DNA of 46,012 nucleotides from Actinomycetales bacterium (GCA_045807245.1 JBJMHS010000031.1:1-46012), one strand, 5' to 3'. Numbered from the stretch's first letter, positions 12,601-22,098 are shown. Numbers and translations: made by a program. Notes: generated by a model from the sequence alone, not told the origin.

Positions 12601-13146
12601 AGCGGTCAGCGCCCGACGGGCTCCGACGACGGCCGACTTGGCCTGCAGCAGGTCCTGGGCCGTCTCGATGAGGATCGCGTCGACTCCGCCGGCGAGCAGG
12701 CCCTCCGCTGCCTGCTGGTAGGCGTCGCGCAGGACGGCGTACGGCGCGTGCCCGAGCGAGGGGAGCTTGGTGCCGGGCCCCAGGGATCCGATGACGAACC
12801 GGGGCCGGTCCGCCGTGGACCAGCTGTCGGCGGACTCCCGCGCGATGCGAGCCCCGGCTTCGGCCAGCTCGTGGGTGCGCTCGGGGATGTCGTACTCCCC
12901 GAGGTTGCCCAGGTTGGCCCCGAACGTGTTGGTCTCGACCGCGTCGCAGCCCACCTCGAAGTACGCGTCGTGCACGCTCCGGACGATGTCCGGTCGCGTC
13001 ACGTTGAGGATCTCGTTACAGCCCTCGAGGTTCTGGAAGTCCTCGAGGGTCGGGTTCGCGGCCTGCAGCATCGTGCCCATGGCACCGTCGGCCACGAGAA
13101 CGCGTTCGTGCAGGAGTTGCCGGAACAGATCGGAGTAGGTGCTCAA
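9610..13146 (-). CDS. metH: Cobalamin-dependent methionine synthase
   Basis: VADGAMGT, GGCCGT, IGERTNANGS, ATVKGDVHDIGKNLV (B12-binding DxHxxG), SRYSFGYPACPD. TTG at 13146 is preferred as start: it has AAGGGG upstream, and the ORF-track start at 13176 abuts a TAGACT -10 element. Confidence 0.95.
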   Translation of the reverse strand: MSTYSDLFRQLLHERVLVADGAMGTMLQAANPTLEDFQNLEGCNEILNVTRPDIVRSVHDAYFEVGCDAVETNTFGANLGNLGEYDIPERTHELAEAGARIARESADSWSTADRPRFVIGSLGPGTKLPSLGHAPYAVLRDAYQQAAEGLLAGGVDAILIETAQDLLQAKSAVVGARRALTALGLDAPVLAQVTVETTGTMLLGSEIGAALTALEPLGVDAIGLNCATGPSEMSEHLRHLAKHARVPISCMPNAGLPQLTRDGARYPLTPEELAAAHVQFTREFGLGLVGGCCGTTPEHLRHVVDAVGGQPVTPRRPRHEAGLASLYQHVPFRQDTSYLSIGERTNANGSKAFRDAMLAGRLDECIEIARNQTRDGAHLLDVCVDYVGRDGDKDAQDIVGRLATSSTLPLVLDSTEPHVIEAGLELLGGRAMINSVNFEDGDGPGSRWARLKPIVQEHGAAVVALTIDEQGQARTKEHKVAVATRLINTLTADWGLDVEDIVIDCLTFPIATGQEETRRDALETIEAIREVKRLYPTVQTTLGVSNVSFGLSPAARIVLNSVFLHEAVKAGLDSAIVHAAKIVPVARIPEEQRQVALDLVYDRRRWLDDDPATGTTTYDPLSKLLEVFSGVDTASMKASRAEELAGLPLGERLQRRIIDGERQGLQADLDEALGNGWPALDIINEHLLAGMRVVGDLFGRGEMQLPFVLQSAEVMKAAVAHLEPHIEGSDDGSQGARAKIVLATVKGDVHDIGKNLVDIILSNNGYDVVNIGIKQPISEIVRVAEEQGADAIGMSGLLVKSTVVMKENLQEMNSRGISARFPVLLGGAALTRAYVEEDLAEIYEGEVRYARDAFEGLRLMDAIAQAKSSEHTTLAEALPELRKRRVRRVERVEEPADGSATMRSDVATDNRVPDPPFWGTRVVKGVALADYASYLDERATFMGQWGLRGSRGDGPSYEDLVESDGRPRLRMWLDRIHTEGLMEAAVVYGYFPAVSEGNDLVVLHHEGAQAGEERARFSFPRQSRDRRLCLADFFRSRESGETDVVAFHLVTMGSRVAEQTGKLYAANAYRDYLELHGLSVQLTEALAEMWHARVREELGFGADDDPDLDAILRQAYRGSRYSFGYPACPDLGDRRTLVELLRPERIGVELSEELQLHPEQSTDALVVHHPEAKYFNAT

Positions 13147-13208
13147 CTGCGGCCCTTTTGGTCGGTGGCCCACCAAGTCTAACGAGGACGGCCCTTAGGC
13201 TGTCGCAG

Positions 13209-14072
13209 GTGATCGAGCTCGGGGACGTACCGCCGCTGCGTCGTCCGGTCGTGATCGCCGCCTTCGAGGGGTGGAACGACGCCGGCGAAGCAGCCAGCGG
13301 GGCCGTCGAGCGCCTCGCCCGCGAGTGGGACGCCGAGCCGGTGGCCGCCCTGGACCCCGAGGACTACTACGACTTCCAGGTCAACCGCCCGACGGTCGAG
13401 ATGGCCGATGACGGCAGCCGGCGGATCATCTGGCCGACGACGAGGCTGCTCGTCGCGCGCCGGCCCGGGCTGCTGCACGACATCGTCCTGGTGGACGGCA
13501 TCGAACCCTCGATGCGTTGGCGGGGGTTCGTCGTCGAGCTGCTGAGCTTCGCCCAGGAGGTCGACGCGTCGATGCTGGTCAGCATCGGGGCCCTGCTGGC
13601 CGACGTGCCACACACCCGGCCCATCCCGGTGACGGCGTCGTCCCAGGACCGCGACCTGATGGCCCGGTTCGAGCTGGAGCCATCGAGGTACGAGGGGCCG
13701 ACCGGCATCGTGGGCGTGCTGGCCGATGCGGCCGGACAGGCCGGGCTGCCCGCCCTGTCCCTGTGGGCCGCCGTCCCGCACTACGCCGGGGGCGTGCCGT
13801 CGCCGAAGGCGACCCTGTCGCTGCTGCGCCGGCTCGAGGAGCTGCTCGACGTCACCGTGCCGCTCGGCGACCTGCAGGAGGAGGCGCACGCCTGGGAGCG
13901 CGGCGTCGACGAGCTGGCCGAGAGTGACAGCGAGGTGGCCGACTACGTCAAGTCGCTCGAGCAGGCCAAAGACACGGCTGACCTGCCTGAGGCGACCGGC
14001 GAGGCGATCGCCCGCGAGTTCGAGCGCTACCTGCGCCGCCGGGACGACGAACCTCCCCGGGCGCAGGGCTAG
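13209..14072 (+). CDS. PAC2 family (proteasome assembly chaperone-like) protein
   Basis: AAFEGWNDAG, DPEDYYDFQVNRP, GALLADVPHTRP, YEGPTGI motifs. Probable leaderless GTG at 13209, 7 nt after TAGGCT. Confidence 0.9.
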   Translation: MIELGDVPPLRRPVVIAAFEGWNDAGEAASGAVERLAREWDAEPVAALDPEDYYDFQVNRPTVEMADDGSRRIIWPTTRLLVARRPGLLHDIVLVDGIEPSMRWRGFVVELLSFAQEVDASMLVSIGALLADVPHTRPIPVTASSQDRDLMARFELEPSRYEGPTGIVGVLADAAGQAGLPALSLWAAVPHYAGGVPSPKATLSLLRRLEELLDVTVPLGDLQEEAHAWERGVDELAESDSEVADYVKSLEQAKDTADLPEATGEAIAREFERYLRRRDDEPPRAQG

Positions 14073-14127
14073 GCAGGGCTAGGCGGGGCTAGGCAGGGCT
14101 AGGCGGGGCTAGGCGGGACTTGGCGGG
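14063..14127. repeat. 10-bp tandem repeat (AGGCRGGGCT), about 6 copies
   Basis: Read directly: gcagggct aggcagggct aggcggggct aggcagggct aggcggggct aggcgggact tggcggg. It spans the gap between the PAC2 and mshC stop codons. Confidence 0.9.
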
Positions 14128-15399
14128 TCAGGCCGAGAGGTCGACTCCCAGCAGGGCGTCCGCCGTACGACGAACCAGGTCCGGTGCACCCGGATCGCCA
14201 CCCGGCACGTCCTCGCCCGAGTCCTGCTGTGCCGCAACCCATTGGTCGATCGCGTCGATGGCCGCAGGTGAGTCGAGGTCGTCGGCGAGCGCGGACCGTA
14301 CGGCGGCCAACGTCGCGTCCGCAGGCGGACCGGCCGGCAGGGCGACCGCCGCGCGCCAACGAGCAAGCCGGGCCCGTTCGGCCACCAGCTCGTCCTGGCT
14401 CCAGAACCACTCGTCGGCGTGATGGTGCTGCAACAGGGCCAAGCGGATGGCCATCGGGTCCTCCCCCGCCTCGCGCAGCACCGAGACCTTGACCAGGTTG
14501 CCCTTGGACTTGCTCATCTTCTCGCCGTCCAGACCGACCATCGCCTGGTGCACGAAGGCTCGGGCGAACGGCCACTCCCCGGTCAGGGCGGCGGCCTGCA
14601 CGGCGCTCATCTCGTGGTGGGGGAACACCAGGTCGGTGCCGCCACCCTGCACGTCGAACGACATGCCGAGGTGGTCCAGCGAGATGGACGTGCACTCGAT
14701 GTGCCAACCAGGCCGGCCCGGACCCATGGACTGCCCGTCCCAGAAGGGCTCGCCCGGACGCGCCGCCCGCCACAGCAGGGGGTCGAGGGGGTCACGCTTG
14801 CCGGTCCGGTCGGGGTCGCCACCTCGCTCGGCGAAGACGGCCAGCATCTGCTCGCGGGTCCATCCGCTGACCTCCCCGAACCGCGACTGCGCCGACAGGT
14901 CGAGGTACACGTCCGCACCGTCGTCGGCGACGGCGTCCGGTGTCGCTACCGGGTACGCCAGTCCGGCGTCCGCCAGCTGCACGACCGCGGCCGCGATGTT
15001 GGGGATGCTCTCGACGACACCCACGTAGGCGTCCGCGGGCAGCACCCGCAGCGCCTCCATGTCCTGGCCGAACAGCCGGGTCTCCGTCGCCGCGAGCTCG
15101 CGCCAGTCGACACCGTCCCGCTCGGCCCGCTCCAGCAGAGGGTCGTCGATGTCCGTGACGTTCTGCACGTACGCGACGTCGTGTCCGCTGTCGCGCCAGG
15201 CCCGGTTGAGCAGGTCGAAGGTGAGGTACGTCGCCGCGTGACCCATGTGCGTGGCGTCGTACGGCGTGATGCCACAGACGTACAGCCGGGCCGGGTCGCT
15301 GTCCGCCGCCACCACCAGGTCCCGACTGGACGTATCGCGGACGCGCACGACCGGCCCGTGGCCGGGCAGGTGCGGGATCTCGGGCGCGGACCAGGACAT
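14128..15399 (-). CDS. mshC: Cysteine:GlcN-Ins ligase (mycothiol biosynthesis)
   Basis: [48 protein letters not shown] motifs. Alternative start GTG 15402. Confidence 0.95.
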   Translation of the reverse strand: MSWSAPEIPHLPGHGPVVRVRDTSSRDLVVAADSDPARLYVCGITPYDATHMGHAATYLTFDLLNRAWRDSGHDVAYVQNVTDIDDPLLERAERDGVDWRELAATETRLFGQDMEALRVLPADAYVGVVESIPNIAAAVVQLADAGLAYPVATPDAVADDGADVYLDLSAQSRFGEVSGWTREQMLAVFAERGGDPDRTGKRDPLDPLLWRAARPGEPFWDGQSMGPGRPGWHIECTSISLDHLGMSFDVQGGGTDLVFPHHEMSAVQAAALTGEWPFARAFVHQAMVGLDGEKMSKSKGNLVKVSVLREAGEDPMAIRLALLQHHHADEWFWSQDELVAERARLARWRAAVALPAGPPADATLAAVRSALADDLDSPAAIDAIDQWVAAQQDSGEDVPGGDPGAPDLVRRTADALLGVDLSA

Positions 15400-15509
15400 C
15401 ACGCGAGCATCACGGCGGCGAGCCTAAACGACGGGACGGGCGCTCCCTCCGCAGACGGACACCGCTCGGGCGGAACCGGCACCAGCGGCGCGCCGGCAGG
15501 TGACCTCGC

Positions 15510-16358
15510 TCAGAACGGCGGCCAGGGGATCGCGGGCCAGCCGTCCACCTGATGGGGGTAGTGGCCGCGCCGGGCCAGCACGCGAGCCCGCCGGGCCGTC
15601 GCCGCGATCTCGTCGGCGTCGATCAGGTCCGCCAGCTCGTCCACCCAGGAGCCGGCCCCGCCGTCGGAGGTGCGGGCGCGGCGCTCGCACCAGGCGGCCA
15701 GATCGTGAGCGAGCCGGCCGACGACCTCGCCGACCTCCTCGGCCAACGGTCCTCCGGCCCAGCCCCACAGCACCGTGCGCAGCTTCTCGTCCAGGTTGAA
15801 GGTCAGGCCGTGGTCCACGCCGTACAACCCGCCGGAGCCGTCAGCCAGGACGTGGCCGCCCTTGCGGTCCGCGTTGTTGATGACCACGTCGAGCGCCGCC
15901 ATCCGGGCCAGGCTCGGGTCGTCGGCGTGCACCAGGCTCACCGGTTCGCCCGACCCGTCGTGGGCATCGAGCACCCGCAGCCATCCCGTCGGCACTCCGC
16001 CGCGCGGCACGATGTCGACGACCCCGGCGCCCAGGTCTTGGTCCTCCTGGTCGATCCACAGCTGAACGCTGCCCGGCCCGAACGGGCCGTCGCGGTACAC
16101 CGTCGGCGGCACGATCCGCCAGCCACTCGCCCGCGACACGTGGAAGGCCGCGACCTCACGGCCGGCCAGCGTCCCGTCGGGGAAGTCCCACAGCTGCCGC
16201 TCCCCCGCGACCGGCTTGTAGACGCAGGCCTGCTCGACGCCGTCGAGCGCGACGCGGCAGTACAGCGTGGCGTTGGACGCGCCCACCAGTCGCCCCTGCA
16301 CCTCGATCTCGCCCCGGCTCAGGAGCGTCAGTGCTTCGGCTTCAGCGGCGGTAGCCAT
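15510..16358 (-). CDS. SCO1664 family protein (PI3/PI4-kinase-like fold)
   Basis: VYKPVAGERQLWDFPDGTLAGRE, NNADRKGGH, DHGLTF, C-terminal WPAIPWPPF; usual neighbour of mshC. Confidence 0.88.
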   Translation of the reverse strand: MATAAEAEALTLLSRGEIEVQGRLVGASNATLYCRVALDGVEQACVYKPVAGERQLWDFPDGTLAGREVAAFHVSRASGWRIVPPTVYRDGPFGPGSVQLWIDQEDQDLGAGVVDIVPRGGVPTGWLRVLDAHDGSGEPVSLVHADDPSLARMAALDVVINNADRKGGHVLADGSGGLYGVDHGLTFNLDEKLRTVLWGWAGGPLAEEVGEVVGRLAHDLAAWCERRARTSDGGAGSWVDELADLIDADEIAATARRARVLARRGHYPHQVDGWPAIPWPPF

Positions 16359-16905
16359 TGGCTCTGGGGCAGATGTGACCCTGCGGGTCGAGCGGGTTGC
16401 CGCAGAACGGGCACGGCGGCCGGCCCTGAGCCACCACCGCGGCCGCCCGGTGCGCGAACACCCGGGCCTGCACCCCGGAGATGGAAACGCGAAGGATCGA
16501 TCCGCTGGGCCCGTCCGCAGTGAGTTCCGGGCCGGCGTCCTCGTCGTCCTCGTCCGGCTCCGCCACCTCGTGGCACTCGATGATCACGACATCGCGTTCG
16601 CCGTCCCAGGTCAGGCTCATCGAGGCGACCCGGAAGTCCTCCTCGATCGGCGCGTCCAACGGCTCGTTGTCGATCTGGTCCGCGGGCGCGATCGCCGGCA
16701 CCGCGGCCGTGCCGCCGGAGCGTCGGACGACCTCGTCGAGCAGCTCCTCGACGCGCTCGGCCAGCACCGCGACCTGCTGCTTCTCGAGCGCCACGCTGGT
16801 CACCTGACCGCCGCCGCGCGCCTGCAGGAAGAAGGTGCGCTGCCCGGGCTCGCCGACGGTGCCCGTGACGAACCGCTCGGGCGGGTCGTAGTCGAAGACC
16901 GGCAT
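16342..16905 (-). CDS. DUF3090 family protein
   Basis: GTVGEPGQRTFFLQA, LEKQQV, GRPPCPFCGNPLDPQGHICPRANG. Confidence 0.88.
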   Translation of the reverse strand: MPVFDYDPPERFVTGTVGEPGQRTFFLQARGGGQVTSVALEKQQVAVLAERVEELLDEVVRRSGGTAAVPAIAPADQIDNEPLDAPIEEDFRVASMSLTWDGERDVVIIECHEVAEPDEDDEDAGPELTADGPSGSILRVSISGVQARVFAHRAAAVVAQGRPPCPFCGNPLDPQGHICPRANGYRR

Positions 16906-16914
16906 GCCTCGACC

Positions 16915-17718
16915 CTACGTCGGCTCTGCGCCCGTGGGCGCCGCGCCCGCAGGCGTCGCGTCCGCAGGCGTCGCGTCCGATGCTCCCGAGCCACCGCCGA
17001 CGACGGCGTCGCTGCCGGCCCGCTTCGCCCGGGACCGCCGCCCTCGAGCCGGCGGCGCCAGCCCGGCCAGGTCTCCGCCGATGTCGTTGACGCGCAGCAC
17101 GAACGGCCGCAGGTCGGTGTACCGCACCACCGACACTGACGCCGGGTCGACCACGATGCGCTGGAACTCGTCCAGGTGCATGCCCAAGGCGTCGGCGAGC
17201 AAGGCCTTGATGACATCGCCATGTGACACGGCGACCCACACCGCGCCGTCGCCGTGGTCCCGCGCGACCTCGGCATCCATCGAGCGCGCGGCGTCCACGG
17301 CGCGCGCCTGGACGGCGCGAAGCGACTCACCGCCCGGGAAGGTCACGGCACTCGCGTGCGCCTGCACGACCCTCCAGAGCGGGTCCCTGACCAGGGTGCT
17401 CAGGGAACGACCGGTCCACTCGCCGTACCGGCATTCTCCCCACCGCTCGTCGACCTCGGGCGCGGGCCGCGATGCAGCCGACCCGTTCCTGCGCGCCGGC
17501 GGGCCTGGTACGGCGGCGATCGCGGCGGCGGTCTCGGTGCAGCGTTCCAGGGGGCTGGTCACGATGCGCGCCAGCCCGACACCGGCCAGCCGCTGGGCTA
17601 CGGCTGCCGCCTGTTCGTTGCCGCGTTCGTCGAGGTGGACGCCGGGCGTCCAGCCGGCCAGGGTGCCCGAGACGTTCGCGGTCGTCCGGCCGTGCCGGAC
17701 GAGGACGAGGGTGGGCAC
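16915..17718 (-). CDS. Histidine phosphatase / phosphomutase family protein (MSMEG_4193-like)
   Basis: LVRHGRT, SPLERC and VSHGDVIK motifs. Confidence 0.9.
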   Translation of the reverse strand: MPTLVLVRHGRTTANVSGTLAGWTPGVHLDERGNEQAAAVAQRLAGVGLARIVTSPLERCTETAAAIAAVPGPPARRNGSAASRPAPEVDERWGECRYGEWTGRSLSTLVRDPLWRVVQAHASAVTFPGGESLRAVQARAVDAARSMDAEVARDHGDGAVWVAVSHGDVIKALLADALGMHLDEFQRIVVDPASVSVVRYTDLRPFVLRVNDIGGDLAGLAPPARGRRSRAKRAGSDAVVGGGSGASDATPADATPAGAAPTGAEPT

Positions 17719-17749
17719 CGCGCCAGGTTAGTGGTGCCATCCTTGACCC

Positions 17750-18721
17750 GTGATCATGGACCAGGCGGTCTACCGCGACGGGCGGCGCATGCCGTGCACC
17801 GACCTGTCCGACGAGCTCGCCGCGGTGCGCCATGCGGGTCACGGCTGGATCTGGATCGGCCTCAAGGACCCGACCGACGCAGAGTTCGACCTGGTCAAGG
17901 ACGAGCTCCAGCTGCACCCGCTCGCCGTCGAGGACGCGGTGACCGGCCACCAGCGACCGAAGCTGGAGGTGTACGACGCGTCCCTGTTCGTCGTCGTGAA
18001 GCCGTTGCGCTACATCGAGGCCACGAGCGACATCGAGACCGGCGAGGTCATGGTGTTCCTCGGCGACCGGTTCGTCGTGACCGTCCGCCGCGGGGAGGCC
18101 GGGCCGCTGGCCGCGGTACGGCGCCAGATCGAGTCCGACCAGGTCAAGCTCAACCTCGGGCCGGTCGCCGTCCTGCACGGCGTGATGGACGCGGTCGTCG
18201 ACAACTACGGCCTGATCGACCAGGAGATCCAGGAGGACATGGAGGGCCTGGAGGCCGGGGTCTTCGCCGACGAGCGAAGAAGCGACGCGGAGGAGATCTA
18301 CGGCCTCAAGCGAGAGGTGCTCGAGTTCCGGCGGGCCGCGCTGCCGCTCATCGAACCGGTACGCCGGCTGTCCGAGGACTCCGTCCCGCACGTGCCCGAC
18401 CCCGCGAAGCCGTTCTTCCGCGACATCGGAGACCACCTGCTGCGCAACGTGGACCACATCGAGTCCTACGACCGGCTGCTGTCGGACATCCTGAGCGCGC
18501 ACCTGGCCCAGGTGTCGGTGCGGCAGAACGACGACATGCGCAAGATCTCGGCCTGGGTCGCCATCGCCGCCGTCCCGACCATGATCGCCGGCATCTACGG
18601 CATGAACTTCGAGCACATGCCCGAGCTCACCTGGACCTGGGGCTATCCCGCCGCGCTGGTGCTGATGGCCGTGGTCTGCGGAGGGCTGTTCCGCGCCTTC
18701 AAGCGCTCGGGCTGGCTCTAG
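17750..18721 (+). CDS. corA: Magnesium/cobalt transporter CorA
   Basis: LHPLAVEDA, QRPKLE, IYGMNF signature, MPEL, two C-terminal transmembrane helices. Confidence 0.93.
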   Translation: MIMDQAVYRDGRRMPCTDLSDELAAVRHAGHGWIWIGLKDPTDAEFDLVKDELQLHPLAVEDAVTGHQRPKLEVYDASLFVVVKPLRYIEATSDIETGEVMVFLGDRFVVTVRRGEAGPLAAVRRQIESDQVKLNLGPVAVLHGVMDAVVDNYGLIDQEIQEDMEGLEAGVFADERRSDAEEIYGLKREVLEFRRAALPLIEPVRRLSEDSVPHVPDPAKPFFRDIGDHLLRNVDHIESYDRLLSDILSAHLAQVSVRQNDDMRKISAWVAIAAVPTMIAGIYGMNFEHMPELTWTWGYPAALVLMAVVCGGLFRAFKRSGWL

Positions 18722-18742
18722 GAAGCGTGGCCAATCCGGGGG

Positions 18743-19585
18743 TCATCCGGTCGCATCCAGGACGCTGGTGACCAGAAGCACGACCACGACCAGGCCCGCC
18801 CCGACCCGGTACGGCACGAAGCGGGCAATCGAGTGGTGGCTCACGAACCGGAGCAACCAGGCGATCGACACATAGGCGACGACGAACGACACCACGGTCG
18901 CGAGCACGGTCGGCCCGAGCGAACCGTGCGTCGACACGGCCTTCTTGAGCTCGAGCAGCCCCGCGGCGAACAGCGCCGGGATGCCGAGCAGGAAGGACAG
19001 GCGGGTCGCCGTCACCCGGTCGATGCCCCGCACCAACCCGGCGCTGATCGTGGCACCTGACCGCGAGACCCCGGGCACGAGCGCGAAGCACTGCGCGATG
19101 CCGATGAACACGGCGTCGCGGTAGGTGAGGTCCTGCTCGTGCCGCTGCTGCCGGGCACCGCGTTCGGCGTACACCAGCACCGCCGACCACAGGACGAGTC
19201 CGGCGGCCACGACCCAGAGGTTGCGAAGCGGCCCCTCGATCACGTCCCGCAGCGCGAGACCGGCGATCCCGATCGGGACCGAACCGATGATCACGCACAG
19301 GGCCAGCCGCCAGTCGAACTCGCGCCGCGCCTCGGCGCTGCCCACTCCGCGGACGAAAGCCGTGACGATGCGCACGATGTCCCGGCGGAAGAACAGGACG
19401 GCCGCCAGGATCGCGCCCATCTGGATCACGGCGGTGAACGCGGTGACCTGCGGGTCGTCCGTCTTGAGGTCGAGCAGCCCCTCGGCGATGGTCAGGTGTC
19501 CCGTGCTCGAGACGGGCAGGAACTCGGTGATCCCCTCGATGAGGCCGAGGAGGAGGCCGTCCCCGTACCCGATGCCGCTGCTCAT
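18743..19585 (-). CDS. uppP: Undecaprenyl-diphosphate phosphatase (BacA)
   Basis: EGITEFLPVSSTGHL and PGVSRSGATI motifs. Confidence 0.95.
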   Translation of the reverse strand: MSSGIGYGDGLLLGLIEGITEFLPVSSTGHLTIAEGLLDLKTDDPQVTAFTAVIQMGAILAAVLFFRRDIVRIVTAFVRGVGSAEARREFDWRLALCVIIGSVPIGIAGLALRDVIEGPLRNLWVVAAGLVLWSAVLVYAERGARQQRHEQDLTYRDAVFIGIAQCFALVPGVSRSGATISAGLVRGIDRVTATRLSFLLGIPALFAAGLLELKKAVSTHGSLGPTVLATVVSFVVAYVSIAWLLRFVSHHSIARFVPYRVGAGLVVVVLLVTSVLDATG

Positions 19586-20652
19586 GCGCTGTCCGCCAGT
19601 CCGGCCTCGTCGAGCAGCTCGGACATCGTGCGGAGTGTCGCGAGCCGGGTGGCCAGATCCCCCTGGAACGCCTGCACGCTCAGCGTCGTGACGCCCGCGT
19701 CCGCATAGGCGTGCAGCCGGTCCCGCACGCGGTCGCGTGGTCCGATCAATGAGGTCTGGTCGATGAAGCTCAGCGGCACCGCCATCGCGGCGTCCCGATG
19801 CTGCCGCCCAAGGAACAAGTCCTGCACCTGCGCTGCCTCCCGCTCATAGCCCATGCGCACCGCAAGGGCGTTGTAGAAGTTCTGTTCGCGGCTGCCCATG
19901 CCACCGATGTACAGCGCGGCATACGGCCGCACCGGCATCGCGGCCCGCTCCAAGTCGTCATCAAGAACCACGGGAACCGTTGGTACGACGTCGAACCCGT
20001 TCATCCGGCCGCCGTCCTGACCCGCGTTCGCCTTGACCCGCCCGGCCTGGACGTGACCGAGCGAGACCGCTGCCTGCTCGGGGCTGAAGAAGATCGCCAG
20101 CCAGCCGTCCGCGATCTCCCCCGTCAGCTCGAGGTTGCGTGGACCGATGGACGCGAGGTAGAGCGGCACGTGCTCGCGCACGGGATGAACCGTCATCCGC
20201 AGTGCCTTGCCCGCGCCGTCGGGCAGCGGCAGGGTCCAGTGCTCGCCGGCGTACTCGACCGTCTCCCGTCGCAACGCCTTCTGCACGATCTCGACGTACT
20301 CGCGAGTGCGGGCGAGCGGGCGGTCGAAGCGGACGCCGTGCCAGCCCTCGGAGACCTGCGGACCGGACACGCCCAGGCCGAGCCGAAACCGCCCGCCGGA
20401 CAGGGTGTCCAGGGTCGCGGCGGTCATCGCGGTCATGGCCGGGGTGCGAGCCGGGATCTGGAAGACGGCACTGCCGATGTCGATGCGCTCGGTCTGGGCC
20501 GCGACCCAGGCCAAGATCGTGGCCGCATCCGTGCCGTACGCCTCGGCCGCCCACACGACCGCGTAACCGAGACGGTCGGCCTCCTGCGCCAGGGTGAGGT
20601 TGTCGGCCATGGTGTCGCCACCCCAGTAGCCGAGGTTCAGTCCGAGTCGCAC
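19582..20652 (-). CDS. LLM class F420-dependent oxidoreductase
   Basis: MRLGLNLGYW, AEAYGTDA, RTPAMTAMTAATLDTLSGGRFRLGLGVSGPQVSEGWHG. Leaderless GTG at 20652, 7 nt after TAGGCT. Confidence 0.88.
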   Translation of the reverse strand: MRLGLNLGYWGGDTMADNLTLAQEADRLGYAVVWAAEAYGTDAATILAWVAAQTERIDIGSAVFQIPARTPAMTAMTAATLDTLSGGRFRLGLGVSGPQVSEGWHGVRFDRPLARTREYVEIVQKALRRETVEYAGEHWTLPLPDGAGKALRMTVHPVREHVPLYLASIGPRNLELTGEIADGWLAIFFSPEQAAVSLGHVQAGRVKANAGQDGGRMNGFDVVPTVPVVLDDDLERAAMPVRPYAALYIGGMGSREQNFYNALAVRMGYEREAAQVQDLFLGRQHRDAAMAVPLSFIDQTSLIGPRDRVRDRLHAYADAGVTTLSVQAFQGDLATRLATLRTMSELLDEAGLADSA

Positions 20653-20759
20653 GCGGCGGAGCCTAACGAGCCGGCGGCCCGGGCACTGCACTGCGGTGAA
20701 GTTTTCGCCACGGCATGGGTGGGTCGGCGGTGAGTCGGACCTCTGTAGTTTGTCGAACC

Positions 20760-21707
20760 ATGGAGCAGCGGTACCTGGGCGCGTCCGGACTGCGGGTCAG
20801 CCGTCTCGGTCTCGGCACGATGACGTGGGGCCGGGACACGGACGAGCACGAGTCGCGCGAGCAGCTCTCGGCGTTCCTCGATGCCGGTGGCACGCTGCTG
20901 GACACCGCAGCGGGGTACGGCGACGGCGCGGCCGAGGAGCTCATCGGTTCGCTGCTGCGCGAACACGCCCGGCGTGACGACGTGGTGATCTGCACGAAGG
21001 CGGGGATCTCCCGGCGGACCGGCGCACGGGTCGTCGACACCTCTCGGCGCGCCCTGCTGGACTCGCTCGATGGCAGCCTGAACCGGCTGGGAGTCGACCA
21101 CGTCGACCTCTGGCTCGCGCACACCTGGAGCGACGCCGTACCGCTCGAGGAGACGCTTTCCGCGCTCGATGCCGCCGTGCGCACCGGTCGCGCCCGGTAT
21201 GTCGGGATCTCGAACTACTCGGGCTGGCAGAGCGCCCGCGCCGCGACGTGGCAACAGCTGCGCGGGTCCGTCCCCTTGGTCGCCACCCAGGTCGAGTACT
21301 CGCTGGTCAACCGCGAGGTGGAGGTCGAGGTGCTGCCGTCGGCGGTGGCCCACGGGCTGGGCGTCATGGCCTGGTCACCGCTCGGCCGGGGCGTCCTGAC
21401 GGGCAAGTACCGACACGGCACGCCGGCCGACTCCCGCGCCGCCTCACCGCACTTCGCGGCCTTCGTCGAACGGTTCCTCGACCCCGCTTCCCGGCACGTG
21501 GTCGAAGCCTTGGTCACGGCCGCGGAAGGCCTGGAGTGCTCGCCGGCCGAGCTGGCGTTGGCCTGGGTGCGCGACCAGCCCGGCATCGTGTCGCCGATCC
21601 TGGGGGCGCGGACCGCGGCGCAGCTGCGCGGAGCGCTCAGCAGTGAGTCGGTCGAGGTGCCCGGTCCGATCCGCGCGGCCCTGGACGAGGTGTCGCTCGG
21701 CGTCTAG
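20760..21707 (+). CDS. Aldo/keto reductase
   Basis: MEQRYLGASGLRVSRLGLGTMTWG, DTAAGYG, SLNRLGVDHVDL, GISNY, WSPLGRG. Start taken at ATG 20760. Confidence 0.9.
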   Translation: MEQRYLGASGLRVSRLGLGTMTWGRDTDEHESREQLSAFLDAGGTLLDTAAGYGDGAAEELIGSLLREHARRDDVVICTKAGISRRTGARVVDTSRRALLDSLDGSLNRLGVDHVDLWLAHTWSDAVPLEETLSALDAAVRTGRARYVGISNYSGWQSARAATWQQLRGSVPLVATQVEYSLVNREVEVEVLPSAVAHGLGVMAWSPLGRGVLTGKYRHGTPADSRAASPHFAAFVERFLDPASRHVVEALVTAAEGLECSPAELALAWVRDQPGIVSPILGARTAAQLRGALSSESVEVPGPIRAALDEVSLGV

Positions 21708-22060
21708 CGGGGCGGGCTGTCCTCGTCGTACTCCTCTTCGTCCAGCCCTTGGTAGCTGGTGCCGTCGTTGCGGTCCGCGTCGAGCTCGTCGAGCTCGTCG
21801 TCCTCTTCGGCGTCCTCGTCGTCCTCGTCGAGGTCGTCGGCGTCGTCCTCTTCGGCGTCCTCGTGGTAGACCTCGAGCGGAGTCACCTCGTCGTACGCGT
21901 CCAGCAGGGCATCGTCGTAGGCGTCGAAGGCTGCGGCGACATCCTGGTAGGCGGCGAACACCACCGGGTCGTTCTCACCGCGCTTGGACCCGGCCGCCTC
22001 GAGGTGCCGCTCGAGGGCGGAGACCAAGGTGGCCAGCGCGGCACGGGGATCGGCGGTCAT
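21704..22060 (-). CDS. Conserved hypothetical protein with Asp/Glu-rich C-terminus
   Basis: MTADPRAALATLVSALERHLEA...YDDALLDAYDEVTPL followed by an acidic tail; TACGGT -10 element 6 nt before the ATG. Confidence 0.78.
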   Translation of the reverse strand: MTADPRAALATLVSALERHLEAAGSKRGENDPVVFAAYQDVAAAFDAYDDALLDAYDEVTPLEVYHEDAEEDDADDLDEDDEDAEEDDELDELDADRNDGTSYQGLDEEEYDEDSPPR

Positions 22061-22098
22061 GGCACGACCGTACCGGCTCCCGGGCCAGAATGAACCTG

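Noticed and set aside
9640..13182. 1180-aa plus-strand ORF, and similar long ORFs at 156-1550, 7048-8793, 25663-27342, 30571-32871 and 36752-38182
   Set aside because: They are antisense shadows of clearly identified genes (metH, arc, permease, sqr/narI, narG, receiver-TrxR). High GC at third codon positions suppresses stops on the opposite strand, and they contain no recognisable motifs.
13147..13208. Cobalamin or SAM riboswitch upstream of metH, or upstream of the methyltransferase at 5714-5830
   Set aside because: The metH leader is only about 20-60 nt. I could not recognise SAM or B12 riboswitch consensus elements in either region; an Rfam scan was not run.
14063..14127. Tandem repeats (also 44214-44306) as a CRISPR array
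   Set aside because: The units are contiguous with no unique spacers.
15399..15426. Leaderless 4-codon upstream ORF (GTG ATG CTC GCG TGA) overlapping the mshC start
   Set aside because: Equally explained by GATGCT acting as the -10 element for a leaderless mshC at 15399. It has no Cys codons to suggest attenuation.
16948..16980. 15-bp duplication encoding DATPADATPA
   Set aside because: Short low-complexity tail of the phosphomutase with no sign of a separate function.
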